A program made the translations under genes and the position numbers. A stretch of 64,000 nt of DNA from an uncultured Phycisphaerales bacterium. Its GTDB lineage: Bacteria > Planctomycetota > Phycisphaerae > Tepidisphaerales > Tepidisphaeraceae. The notes beneath the pieces are model-generated. The model did no database searches. It was not told the origin of the DNA and saw nothing but the letters and a program-made list of their open reading frames with translations. How positions within the stretch are numbered: position 1 is the first letter of the stretch; the number at the start of each line of letters is the position of its first letter. Location of the stretch: contig CAVWVQ010000003.1 of the NCBI GenBank assembly GCA_963758525.1, forward strand, positions 4,864,001 through 4,928,000, written 5' to 3'. This document shows, in pieces, positions 32,442 through 42,474 of the stretch.

Positions 32442-35400
32442 TGCATCACCGTCACTCCCATGAGTCCAACGACGACTTCTTCCGACAGCGTTTCCAGTGT
32501 CACGCTTTTCAGAGGGACGCCAGGACGCAAGTGCCATCCGAGCGCGATAGCGCGGCAATTCTGACCCAGTTGGACAGTGGTGGGGGGTATCTTCGGAAGA
32601 GAGAACGCATCGCGGTTGTAATCGTAATCGTTGCCGCTCAGGGGGCAGAGCGTCCAAAAGTTGAAGGGGGGAACGATCTCCATTTTTTCGACCACGCCAT
32701 CGGCATAGGTCATGCGCAGCTCGGCGTTGGGGATGCGGACTTCCATCGGATTGGTCGTGCCGCAGAGAAGAAACCACGCCGCGGTACCAGTTTTATTAAC
32801 AGGGATCTCCACCTGCTTCGGCCAATTGTCCCAGCGGGAGGTGAAGGCGATGTTTTTGCCGGGATCGGGTGTGCGGAAGGGAACGCCCTTGCCCGCGAGA
32901 ATATTTCCATGGCCATCCGAGAGCGACGCGACGAGGTCGAGAGTGACTTTGGGGGTATGCAGCTCTGATCCAAGGGACATTTGCCAGGTGGAATATCCGT
33001 CGGTCGCCAGACGCAGCGAACAAGTATTGGGGCGAGGGGAAACGTATTGTTGTTGGTAGATGGTGCGAATGTCACCGTTCATCTGCGGCTGCATGTCGAC
33101 CTGATCGAATCGTGCGCCCGCGGGTACATCGACTTCGGTTTTCGCGGCCAATTCAGTATCAGCCTTTACGTCGGTGACATGAATCTTGAACATCCGCCAC
33201 TGCTGCGCAGCCCCGACGGTGGCAAGGCCAAATACAACATGATCTCCCGCGTTGGTACTGAGTGTTGCGGTGATCGTTCCCTTTTCAATCTTCGCATTCT
33301 GCAGCACGCCCTGGGGATCGTGGAAATCGGTGAGCGTTGCGTCGTCGGCCGAGAGCGTTACCGGCTCTCCCACCGCTCCCGATAGATGAACCGCTGGGAA
33401 AGTCTTCAGCGTATCGTGCGTGGTGATCGCGATATCGGCGGCGCTCCCCACAGGAACCTCCACCTTCACAATACTTCGGCCAAAGCCTGGAACAAGCTCC
33501 CATTTGACGGGGGCTCCATTGACGGTGACCGCATCGACAGCAGTGCTCGACACCGGCAATTGCACATCCATGGCGCATGGTTTCGCCAGGGTGATTTTGC
33601 AGCTCGAATTCGTTCCCTTGATGCGATAGGCGATCGACATGTCCGGCGTCGTGATCGAGGCATGATCCCAATCGCTCGGGAATTGCGGCGCAACCTTCAC
33701 GATGCCATTGGGATAATCCGGCGTATAACCGAAGAGCCCCTCCACGACGGTCCTTGCAAACATGCTGTTGCAATCGTTGAAATCAGTCCCGCCAGCCGGG
33801 TGTCCCATATCGCCCGGGACGGGGCCAAACAGCTCCTGCTGGGGGAACATTCCGCGGAAGACTTTCCAGCCATCGTCCGGCAGGCCGGTCTGAAAGTAGG
33901 CCAGCGCCAACTGATAATCATCCCCCGACCACATCTCACGCACGGACCAGATCGACGGCACCCAGTTGGAGGGCCAGCACTGTTCGCCGCCATAGGGCAT
34001 GGGCATGCGCTCCAGCGCCCATTCCGTGTATTGCAACGCCTCGGCCGATTGCTCGGTTGTGAGCAGACCCGCGTCAATCGGGCAAAAGATCGCATAGAGC
34101 CATCCGCTCTCGTGAAGACGTTTCAGGCCGTATTGTTCGCGGTAGGCGCCGGGGTGTCCCTTGTCGCGACTCCAGAGCAGATCGAAGAAGCCTTTGCGGA
34201 TGCGCTCGACCGCGGCGGAGTGCAGTTGAATGCCTTGCTGGTCTCCTGCGCCGTGCGAGTTGCAGCGCGGTCAGCTCAGCACGATAGGCATAGGCAGTTT
34301 CCTCGGAAGTGCCGCCGCCATTGTAAAACTGGTCGTCCGTGGGCCAGGTGTTGGCATAGCTTTCATAGATGCCCAATCCAGCGGGATCGAAGCAGTCCTT
34401 GATGTATTCGCAATCCAGATCGAGCGATGGCTTGAGCAGTTTTTCCAGATCCGGATCCCCGGTCCAGCGCCACGCATGCTCGATCTGATCGAAAAACTGG
34501 CTCTGCATGTCGTAGTGGTGCGGATCGTCGAAATCGATCCGTCCTTTTCCAAACATGCGAGATTGGGGCGCCTGGCTGCTGAGCCGGGCTTTCGGATCCG
34601 CCACGGCGGTCGTGTAGTCGGAGTGGGTTATCTGCTTGCTGATGAACAGGGCGGCATCGTCCTTGACCAGGTCATGCCAGCCGAAGACTGTTCCGCCAAA
34701 CACGGTGCGCCACCCCAGCAACGCTGTCGCCCATCGCATGCCGGAGTGGGTGTAGACTCCATCCCGATAACAGGCATCGACGACGATGGAGGACGCGCCA
34801 ACGCCGGCGTTCAGCCAGGGATCTGGCGTATCGACCACGACTCGGTTTTGAATGGACAATTCTCGTTTCATCCCCGCCGCGAACACATCGGAGGGCGATC
34901 CGCCCCCGACAACATCTGGGCCGAGCAGGCTCCAGTAGATGTCCTGATCCGATCCGATGGGAACCCCCCCGCACGCAATCGGCTGCTCCGTTCCATGACT
35001 CGCTAACAGCGCGGCGGGATCTTCCCAGCTTCCGGCATCGCCGATCACGATCTGCGTAGGCGCGCTGCATCGACCTGCTGCCATCGGCGAATGAGCGTGG
35101 TTCGCCGCCTGAACGGTCCACCGATCGCCAGATGTCTTTACCGCATTGTTTTTGCAGTCGTCGGGAACGAATCCGCGTTTTTCGAGTCCGCTTTTGAGGC
35201 TGGTTTGGTCATACACCCAAAGGATGCTGGATTTCTGCTTGGTCGCGGCGCCACTGGCCCATGCCAGCGTATCGCCGGGTTGCGCGTTATCCACGCGCAC
35301 ATGCGCAGCCATGCCGGCGCCCTCGCGCTGGGCACGATCTCCAAATGGACGGTCGTGGCTCCCCACGCCCGATCCCCGACGATCCATTCCATCCTTCCGG

Positions 35401-35743
35401 GGCGATATTTCGAGGTTATATCGGTGGCATTCTGCAGCCAGGTTCCCCGGCCGTTTCTGATCAGAGCAAACATCAGGTTCCCGAAGATGTCCGCCTGCTC
35501 TCCGACCATGGCGCACGGCTTATCGCCGGCGAGCACGATGGCATAAAGATGATTGCAATACAGTGGTCGGTTGGAGTACCGCTCGCCGTTGTGCCGAACA
35601 AAGGCGTCTTGCTCCACAGTGTAGAGCGGCGTGACCATCGTTTTGAGATCGATCCTTCCCTGCTTGCCGGCAAGAGCTGTCGTCGCAATGAGGGTGAGCA
35701 CGGCGAGATTTCCGACGATGGAGACTTTGTACCGTTGGTTCAT
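32438..35743 (-). CDS. DUF4450-like secreted putative glycoside hydrolase, frameshifts near 35325 and 34250
   Basis: Signal peptide, NRPLY, TPDPWLN, YDMQSQFFDQ, VVEGLFGY, NIAFTSRWDN; stop overlaps next start (ATGA). Confidence 0.72.
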
Positions 35744-35779
35744 ATTGTTTAGGCTAGAATTCAATCATATCGCCGAACC

Positions 35780-35817
35780 GACAAAACGTTTTAGACGTCA
35801 AGTGAAAGTTTTGTCAC
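35780..35817. promoter_or_regulatory. LacI/GalR-type operator pair upstream of the DUF4450-PL26 operon
   Basis: Palindrome AAAACGTTTT at 35783-35792 and related GTGAAAGTTTTGTCAC at 35802-35817. Confidence 0.55.
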
Positions 35818-35945
35818 TCAGAAGAAGCGCGGACGCCGTTTCGTTCGCGACGACCAGAAGGCGATCTGTCCTCAATGCCGCAGTCCCGCGAACTGCAGAT
35901 TTTCGGGTGTAACTTTTATTTGTGGCGATTGCAGATTTTGCGATC

Positions 35946-36013
35946 GTAGGGCGGGATTCATCCCGCCGTTTTCTCAGCCGGCCAACAAATCGGCGGGATG
36001 AATCCCGCCCTAC
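35946..36013. repeat. GTAG-type REP doublet
   Basis: Perfect 23-bp inverted arms GTAGGGCGGGATTCATCCCGCCG / CGGCGGGATGAATCCCGCCCTAC. Confidence 0.9.
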
Positions 36014-36134
36014 TCGGAGCCGATTGCCACTTTCGAGCGCCACACCCAGATTTTCAGAACTGCAGATTTTCAGTTTACATCAATGTTTGATTCCCTAATA
36101 TGGCCGTTCCGGCACTGGCGGCCGCGGAAGCGTA

Positions 36135-36968
36135 ATGCAGATCAATGGTCACGACATTGCCGTCTGCAGTTGGTCGCTCCAGCCGCGCAGCATCGAAGAT
36201 TTGCTTGATCGCGTTCGATTGCTGCAATTGAGCCATGTGCAGCTCGCCCTCGCCCCGCTGATTACAATGGACGATGACGCCAGAAAGCGGGCGATCGCGA
36301 CGTTGCGCGATTCGATGCTCCAATTCACCGGTGGCATGATCAGCTTTGACGGGGAGGACTATTCGAGCATCGACTCGATTCGCCGTACCGGTGGTTTCGT
36401 ACCCGACGATTTGTGGCCCGCGCGGCGTCAGCGGGTGGCCGCCGCCGCTCGTGTTGCCCGCGAATTGAAGCTGCCGAGCGTGACGACGCATATTGGTTTC
36501 GTGCCATCGAGCAGTCGAGCAGAGCACCGATTGATGGCCGATCGCGTTCGCGAAGCGGCTGAGATGCTGGCCGCATCCGACGTTCGGCTGCTGCTTGAAA
36601 CTGGCCAGGAGCCGGCCCATGAACTGCGGGAATTTCTTGAAGAACTTCACTCCCCAACCGTCGGCATTAATTTCGACCCGGCAAATATGATCCTTTACGG
36701 CGCCGGTGATCCGATCACGGCGGTCGGCGCGCTTGGTCAACGGATCGGCCATGTTCATATCAAAGACGCCGTCGCCTCTCGCGAGCCCGGCCAGCAGTGG
36801 GGGGATGAAGTGCCGTTCGGAACCGGTCAGGTCGATCCCCGTCGTTTCCTCAACGCGTTGAAAGCGACAGGCTATGACGGCCCTCTGGCGATCGAACGTG
36901 AAGCCGGTACTCAGCGCCTCGCGGATGTACGAACCGCGGTAGCTGCGCTCCGTCAGGCGGCAAGCTGA
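36135..36968 (+). CDS. Sugar-phosphate isomerase/epimerase (TIM barrel)
   Basis: CSWSLQP, HIGFVP, ETGQE, NFDPANMILYG, HIKDA, IERE. Confidence 0.85.
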   Translation: MQINGHDIAVCSWSLQPRSIEDLLDRVRLLQLSHVQLALAPLITMDDDARKRAIATLRDSMLQFTGGMISFDGEDYSSIDSIRRTGGFVPDDLWPARRQRVAAAARVARELKLPSVTTHIGFVPSSSRAEHRLMADRVREAAEMLAASDVRLLLETGQEPAHELREFLEELHSPTVGINFDPANMILYGAGDPITAVGALGQRIGHVHIKDAVASREPGQQWGDEVPFGTGQVDPRRFLNALKATGYDGPLAIEREAGTQRLADVRTAVAALRQAAS

Positions 36969-37137
36969 CACGAGCAACCGATGAGTGACCTTCCCGTTGT
37001 CGATTACGTGTCAGAAGGGGCCAGAGGGCGCCAGCACGCCACCACGGCTTTGCTTTGCGGTTTTTGATCGCCGAGATAGAATTCGTTGTTTTACATCTGC
37101 TCGTAAGCGGGCCATGTCGATCGCAGGAGATGCTTCC

Positions 37138-38052
37138 ATGCCAGTTCGCCGAGTTCTCCACCTCTCGGGCATGTTGGGGATTTTTCTCCTGTACGGAATT
37201 GCAATTGCCAGACCCAAAAAAGCGGCGAAGACCCCCGAGCCGGCGCCGGGCAATGCGGCTGCGGTGGTGGAACTGCCCGCGGACATCAACGACGCGAGCC
37301 TCCGCGTCAACGCACTCGACACCATCTACGAGTTTGATCTGTCGATCGAGCAACTGAACGCCCTGCGTTTAGCGGCGTCTGGGACGTCCGCCGAAAAAAC
37401 GCGGTCGCCCGCGAAGACCACCCCGCAGTTCGTTGCCGCACTGAAAAATCTTTACGCCGCACTGCTTGACGGCAAGGACGATCGTCAAATTGCCAGCCTG
37501 CGGAATGATCTGCTGGGGATGATGGACGGCACGGCAGTTCAGTTGGACGACGATCTGACGGTTACGGCGTCCGCCAGGGCAAAATCCCCGGCCCTTTGCC
37601 AGAAGCTCAAAGCGAGTCAATTCGCGGCCTATCTGGCAACTCACGCGGATGAAGTCAGCGATCCGGAAGAACTGATGATGAGCACGGCGGACGAACTGCA
37701 GGAAGCTGCTTCCGACCCCGACGAGAAACCCGACACCGGCGACGTCGCCACCGACGCGACGATTCATGACAGCGCGTTCACCGTCGGCTACCTGGTTGCC
37801 GGGGCGGACGAATCCAAAGCGCAGTCGGTTGCCCAGCAGGTGACGACCTGGCTTGCCAACGTCCGGAAAATGACGAACGCGGATTTTTTGAAGCAGCGGC
37901 AATCACTTGAAGATTCGGCAAAGAAAATTGTCGCAGACGCTGGCCCCGTGGTCGTGTTGAACAATTGGCTGGAGCGGCAGATTGCCTTAATGCTCTCTAA
38001 TCCGCAACTTCCCGAGGCGATCGATGCGATGTTGAACGCACGTACGCACTAG
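37138..38052 (+). CDS. Exported helical hypothetical protein
   Basis: SD AGGAG, signal-like N-terminus, long open frame. Confidence 0.65.
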   Translation: MPVRRVLHLSGMLGIFLLYGIAIARPKKAAKTPEPAPGNAAAVVELPADINDASLRVNALDTIYEFDLSIEQLNALRLAASGTSAEKTRSPAKTTPQFVAALKNLYAALLDGKDDRQIASLRNDLLGMMDGTAVQLDDDLTVTASARAKSPALCQKLKASQFAAYLATHADEVSDPEELMMSTADELQEAASDPDEKPDTGDVATDATIHDSAFTVGYLVAGADESKAQSVAQQVTTWLANVRKMTNADFLKQRQSLEDSAKKIVADAGPVVVLNNWLERQIALMLSNPQLPEAIDAMLNARTH

Positions 38053-38320
38053 GCTCTGTCTGAAAACCCTAAGCCCTCGCGATGGGCCGGATTCGATTCG
38101 ACTGCGAGGCGTCGCCCCGCAGTCCGGCTCCGTAGAGCCATCAAGGGGCGGCAACGAAGCAGGCGGATCGAATCCGGCCCACCGGAGGCGGCTCAGAATG
38201 GCTTCGTCCGCGTCGTTGCCCCGGCTCAAAGGGTCTACGGACCCTGATGTCGCCAGGGCGCGTAGCGGCCAAAGCCATTCTGAGCCGTCGTGAGGACTTA
38301 GGGTTTTCAGACAGAGCCTA
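38050..38320. mobile_element. Non-autonomous MITE-like element with 24-bp perfect terminal inverted repeats
   Basis: TAGGCTCTGTCTGAAAACCCTAAG ... CTTAGGGTTTTCAGACAGAGCCTA; no ORF; two internal long hairpins. Confidence 0.8.
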
Positions 38321-38345
38321 ACGCTAAACAAGGCGATCCAGACGG

Positions 38346-38981
38346 ATGAATAACACGGGCAAACAACTTCAACTGATGACCAACCGCTTCCTTCCACTCC
38401 GAAGATTTATCCGTCCGATCGCAAGCGCTGTCGCCCTGATGGCGGTGGCGCAACTCCAGCCGCTGAGTCGAACATTCGCGGCGGCCATTCATGCCCCCGC
38501 TCCCAGTGCGGTAAAGCCCCATCTTGTCCATGCCAACACGCACATCAATCCGCACTTAAAGGGAGTTGACCCTCCCATACACGAATCTCGCGAACATGAG
38601 TGGCGTGGATCCCGCGAGCATGAATGGCGTGAGTCCCGCGAGCATGAATGGCTCGAGCACCATCACGCGTGGCATCACTGGTGGTACTACCATCCGTGGA
38701 TCGCTGTTCATCGCGGGCTGGGAACCATCCGCGGATTTGTACATTCGAGTTCCGGCGCTCCGATGCAGGGCGTGCATGTTGTCCTGCGAAAGCCGGGAGG
38801 TCGAATATTTGTGCGATACGCGATGAAGCATATCACTTCGACAGATGCAGGCGGAAACTTCGTCATGGCCGGGGTTCGCGCCGGCGGCTACCGCGTCCTT
38901 GCCAGCCGCGGCAGGGCGAAAGGCCACGTTCAGGTGGGCGTTCAACCCGGAAGCGTGGCAACGGTGAGCGTCAGGATTTAG
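38346..38981 (+). CDS. His/Trp-rich exported protein with C-terminal carboxypeptidase-regulatory-like beta-sandwich
   Basis: (E/G)SREHEW(R/L) x3 encoded by a 24-bp tandem repeat; GTIRGFV...TDAGGNF...GGYRV. Confidence 0.65.
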   Translation: MNNTGKQLQLMTNRFLPLRRFIRPIASAVALMAVAQLQPLSRTFAAAIHAPAPSAVKPHLVHANTHINPHLKGVDPPIHESREHEWRGSREHEWRESREHEWLEHHHAWHHWWYYHPWIAVHRGLGTIRGFVHSSSGAPMQGVHVVLRKPGGRIFVRYAMKHITSTDAGGNFVMAGVRAGGYRVLASRGRAKGHVQVGVQPGSVATVSVRI

Positions 38982-38997
38982 CAGGGCTCTTTTGACA

Positions 38998-40242
38998 TCA
39001 GCCCACCGACAGTGCAGCGGGCGGTGATGATCGACACAGCCCTATGCGCTGAGCCGTGAAATCGGGGAACACTTTAGAAACTTGCGCTCCCGACGTCGTG
39101 TGTGAGAGCACCTCCGCGAGCACCGAGCGGTAATCGAACCGCACTTCCATGCCGCCCGGCCCTGGCAGGCTGGGCTCCTCTTTCAGTCCGGGCCAGTCGC
39201 CGTGGATGGTGCCGCCGTTGATTTGTTCGCCGAGCGCGAAAAAGGCGAAGCCGCGGCCGTGGTCGGTGCCGGCGGAGCCGTTTTCGTACAGACGCCTGCC
39301 GAACTCTGTCATCACGATCGTGGTCACACGGTCGCGATATCCAACCAAGTCTGCGTCGAATGCGGCCAGGCCGCGCGCGAGTGATTCGATTGGGCCGGCT
39401 TGTCCACCGACGGGCGCGCCCTGGAAGAAATGGGTATCCCAGCCACCGAGATCGATGCAGGCCACTTCCAGCCCGAGACCGGCTTTGACGATCCGCGCAA
39501 TCTCGCGCAGAGATGGCCCGAAGCCGTCGTCGGCGTATGCCGCGCCGGCGCGGGGAGCGTAGGGCTTGCCGCGCAATGTCTCGACGCGCGACAGGAGCCG
39601 CAACGTTTGCTCGCCCTGATCGGCGAGCAGTCCGACCTCGGTCGCATAAAGATCGGAGAGCGCTTTGGCGATGACGCTTGCCTGGCCGCTGGAGCGGGGA
39701 AGTTGGATCTCGTCCAACGAGTGAAACGCGCTGGCGGCTGGCGCTCCTCGCAATGACTCTGGAAGGGCGGCTCCGATCGCAACAGCCGAGAGCGCGCCGG
39801 ATGCCACTGCGGGCTGCACGCGGGCGCGGAGATGCCGGCCCAGCCAGCCGCCGCCGAGGCTGCGTCCGTAGGCTTCGCCGTGGTCGACTTGATCCTGCGC
39901 GTCAAAATGCGAGCCGGTGGGGTTGTCGGAGCCAACTGCCTGCACGAAACCGAGCCGGCCTTCCTGGAAGACGGGGAGCAGCGGTTTGAGCTTTGGGTGC
40001 AGTGCATAGAAATCGTTCAATTGAATCGCGGAGTTTTGCGATGCAGACGGGCGCGGAATCGACAGCGTTGGACGGTTGCGGTAATAGTCGTCGTCGCCGT
40101 ATGGCACGAGCATGTTGAGCGTATCGGCGCCGCCGCGGAGAAAGATGCAAACGAGGGTTTTCGCGCCGGAATCGGGAACGGCAGGGGGCTGGGCGAAGAT
40201 GAGATTGCGGAGAAAGCCTCTCCGCGATGTGGCATCAGGCAT
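38998..40242 (-). CDS. DUF1501 family protein
   Basis: SRRGFL, FLRGGAD, SHFDAQD, GGWDTH, TEFGRR, GTDHG. Confidence 0.88.
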   Translation of the reverse strand: MPDATSRRGFLRNLIFAQPPAVPDSGAKTLVCIFLRGGADTLNMLVPYGDDDYYRNRPTLSIPRPSASQNSAIQLNDFYALHPKLKPLLPVFQEGRLGFVQAVGSDNPTGSHFDAQDQVDHGEAYGRSLGGGWLGRHLRARVQPAVASGALSAVAIGAALPESLRGAPAASAFHSLDEIQLPRSSGQASVIAKALSDLYATEVGLLADQGEQTLRLLSRVETLRGKPYAPRAGAAYADDGFGPSLREIARIVKAGLGLEVACIDLGGWDTHFFQGAPVGGQAGPIESLARGLAAFDADLVGYRDRVTTIVMTEFGRRLYENGSAGTDHGRGFAFFALGEQINGGTIHGDWPGLKEEPSLPGPGGMEVRFDYRSVLAEVLSHTTSGAQVSKVFPDFTAQRIGLCRSSPPAALSVG

Positions 40243-40245
40243 CGC

Positions 40246-41730
40246 TCAACACCTTTGAAACGCCGGCGAGGACAGGATCAGCGCCGCCACGTCCCTGGAA
40301 TCGTTGACGGCGGCAAGAGCTTCCAACTGCCGATCGTTGGGATCATGGCCGTTCAAATGCCGAAACAACTGCCTGGATGCGGTTGCCTGCGTAGCTCCGA
40401 TCGCCGTCAGCAGTTTGTCCACCGAAGCCGTGACCGACGGAACGCTGTTTGAGGAAAGTGCGAACGCCAGGTTCCATCGCCACAGTAGAGTCGCCAGGAG
40501 CGGCGCGGCTTTGTCGGGGTAGCCGTCGGGCGTTGGATACTGGAAGACGCCCTGCCCCATCCGCACGAGATACTCAATCAGCGGATCGTGCGCGAAAGTG
40601 TCGGCCCCGACGGCGCACAATGTGCTGACGACAAGCCGAAACGGGGATTTGAATTTGCTGCCGCGTGAAGCGGCAAATTCCTCTGAATCCAGAACCGACC
40701 GGACCGTGCAGCGGATGTCGCCATCGGATCGTGTAAACGTTTCCGCGACCCGCGCCACCAGCTTCGGCGGGGGATCATCCGAAACGAACCTCCGGACGAG
40801 TTTTGTTGCGATGTGCCGGGCGGTCGATGGATGATGAGTGACGATGTCAATCAGTTGCTCGATGTCCCGCGCAGGATCTTTGTTGTCGATCAATTGTCCC
40901 AGGACACGTTTTGCGCCGTGATCGTGAATTGCCGGATCGAAAAAGACCGTTCCCTTGCGAAAGCCGGTGCGGACGTGCCAGCCGGTCAGGCAGCGCGCCG
41001 CTTCGAAGACATCCTGCTGCGTGTAGCCGCCGTCGATTCCGAGCGTGTGCAGCTCCATGAGCTCGCGTCCGTAATTTTCATTGGGGATATCCTTCGGCGA
41101 CGCTCGGCGGTTCTGATTGCCGTCCAGGTAAACCAGCATCGCCGGCGACGTTGCGGAGGCGCGGATCAGGTCGCGGAATTTGCCCAGCGCGTGGCGGCGA
41201 ATCACTTCCCGGTCGTCCGCCGGCTTGAGATAGATGCAGTCCCCTTTTTCGATGTTGATGTTCAGGTGATCGGTCCAGAAGCCGACCATCACCTCGAAGA
41301 GCTGCCGCTTGCTGTAGAGCGCGCGCAGCAGCGCGTGCCGGGCCATGTCACGGCGCAGAATGGGTTTGTCATACTCGAAGCATTCGCCGGCGGGCTGCTC
41401 AAGCTCCTCGAATCGGCGGGCGCGAAGGTCACAGAGATGATCCTCGATCGAGTCAGGCTGAAGCTGCTGTTCGATCCAGGCAGCCTGTCCCATTTTCCGG
41501 ACATCATCGACGTCTCCGGGCCATGGGCCAAACGCCGCGCGGTTCAGCAGATGATGAATCGGATCAATCTGCGCGCCCGACGGAGGTGAAATTGAGTCGG
41601 GAAGCTTCTCGCCGAGTTCCGCGGTCGCCCGGCTGATGAGTTTCTCGCAGCCGCCCATTGACGCAGTAAGCGCCGCGCCGCTGGCGGCCAGCAGGGCGTC
41701 GCGTCGCGAGAGTGGAAAATCGAGTTTCAT
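40246..41730 (-). CDS. DUF1800 family protein
   Basis: SRRDAL, HLLNRAAFG, FWTDH, YLDG, NENYGRELMELHTLG, SSPAFQR. Confidence 0.88.
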   Translation of the reverse strand: MKLDFPLSRRDALLAASGAALTASMGGCEKLISRATAELGEKLPDSISPPSGAQIDPIHHLLNRAAFGPWPGDVDDVRKMGQAAWIEQQLQPDSIEDHLCDLRARRFEELEQPAGECFEYDKPILRRDMARHALLRALYSKRQLFEVMVGFWTDHLNINIEKGDCIYLKPADDREVIRRHALGKFRDLIRASATSPAMLVYLDGNQNRRASPKDIPNENYGRELMELHTLGIDGGYTQQDVFEAARCLTGWHVRTGFRKGTVFFDPAIHDHGAKRVLGQLIDNKDPARDIEQLIDIVTHHPSTARHIATKLVRRFVSDDPPPKLVARVAETFTRSDGDIRCTVRSVLDSEEFAASRGSKFKSPFRLVVSTLCAVGADTFAHDPLIEYLVRMGQGVFQYPTPDGYPDKAAPLLATLLWRWNLAFALSSNSVPSVTASVDKLLTAIGATQATASRQLFRHLNGHDPNDRQLEALAAVNDSRDVAALILSSPAFQRC

Positions 41731-42226
41731 GGATTCACGGGCGTCACTTCGGGAATCGCGAAAAAAGCGAGTGTGTTCGCCCCCGCTCCAAGAATCAACG
41801 AAATCGGCAGCAATCCGAGCCACCCCACAATCGGGACAAGATATGCCAGTTCAAGCGCCACGCCGCCGCGCACGGTGGCGCGCCAGGGCGCTGCGAGTCG
41901 GCCGGTGATGGGAGGCGCTGGCCGATATGGGTCGCGAGCCCCGCGACGCCCACATTCGCATAGACGACGAACGCCGAGCCCAGCGCAAAGGCGAAGAATT
42001 GTCCCGGCGCTCCGCCGCGCTTGGCGGTCACGATCGCGAGGATGATCACCAGGAAAATGATCAGCAGTCCGAGCAAAAAGCTCGCCGTGCTGTTGCGGTG
42101 AACCCGCTGACAGGCGTTCGCCACCCGCGCGGGCCACAGCGCCCGGCTGATCATCCACAGGCCCTGAAGCGATAATAAAAAACCAATGATTGACAACGCA
42201 ATCGAGAAGATATCGGCAAGCAACAT
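41727..42226 (-). CDS. Small multi-TM protein coupled to DUF1800, frameshift near 41885
   Basis: Two hydrophobic ORF halves join at SQRP|WRAT; ATGA overlap with the DUF1800 start. Confidence 0.65.
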
Positions 42227-42474
42227 GGATGTGCCCTTGACGGAGGTTGCGGTTCTGACTCGCTTTACGCAACGCGAGAGAGCCGCGCATCCACCGCAGT
42301 GTATGCATCCCCGTGCGTTGACAACAGAACTTTCTTCATTTTTCCGCGAGGCGCACGGCCCGGTTCCCACTAGACTCGACTCGCGGAGTTGAGCCTGTAT
42401 ACTTCTGGCCAACCAACCCAAGAACTCGCTCATCCAACTTATCTCTCGTTTTTCCTCGCTACGAAAGTTTGCGC

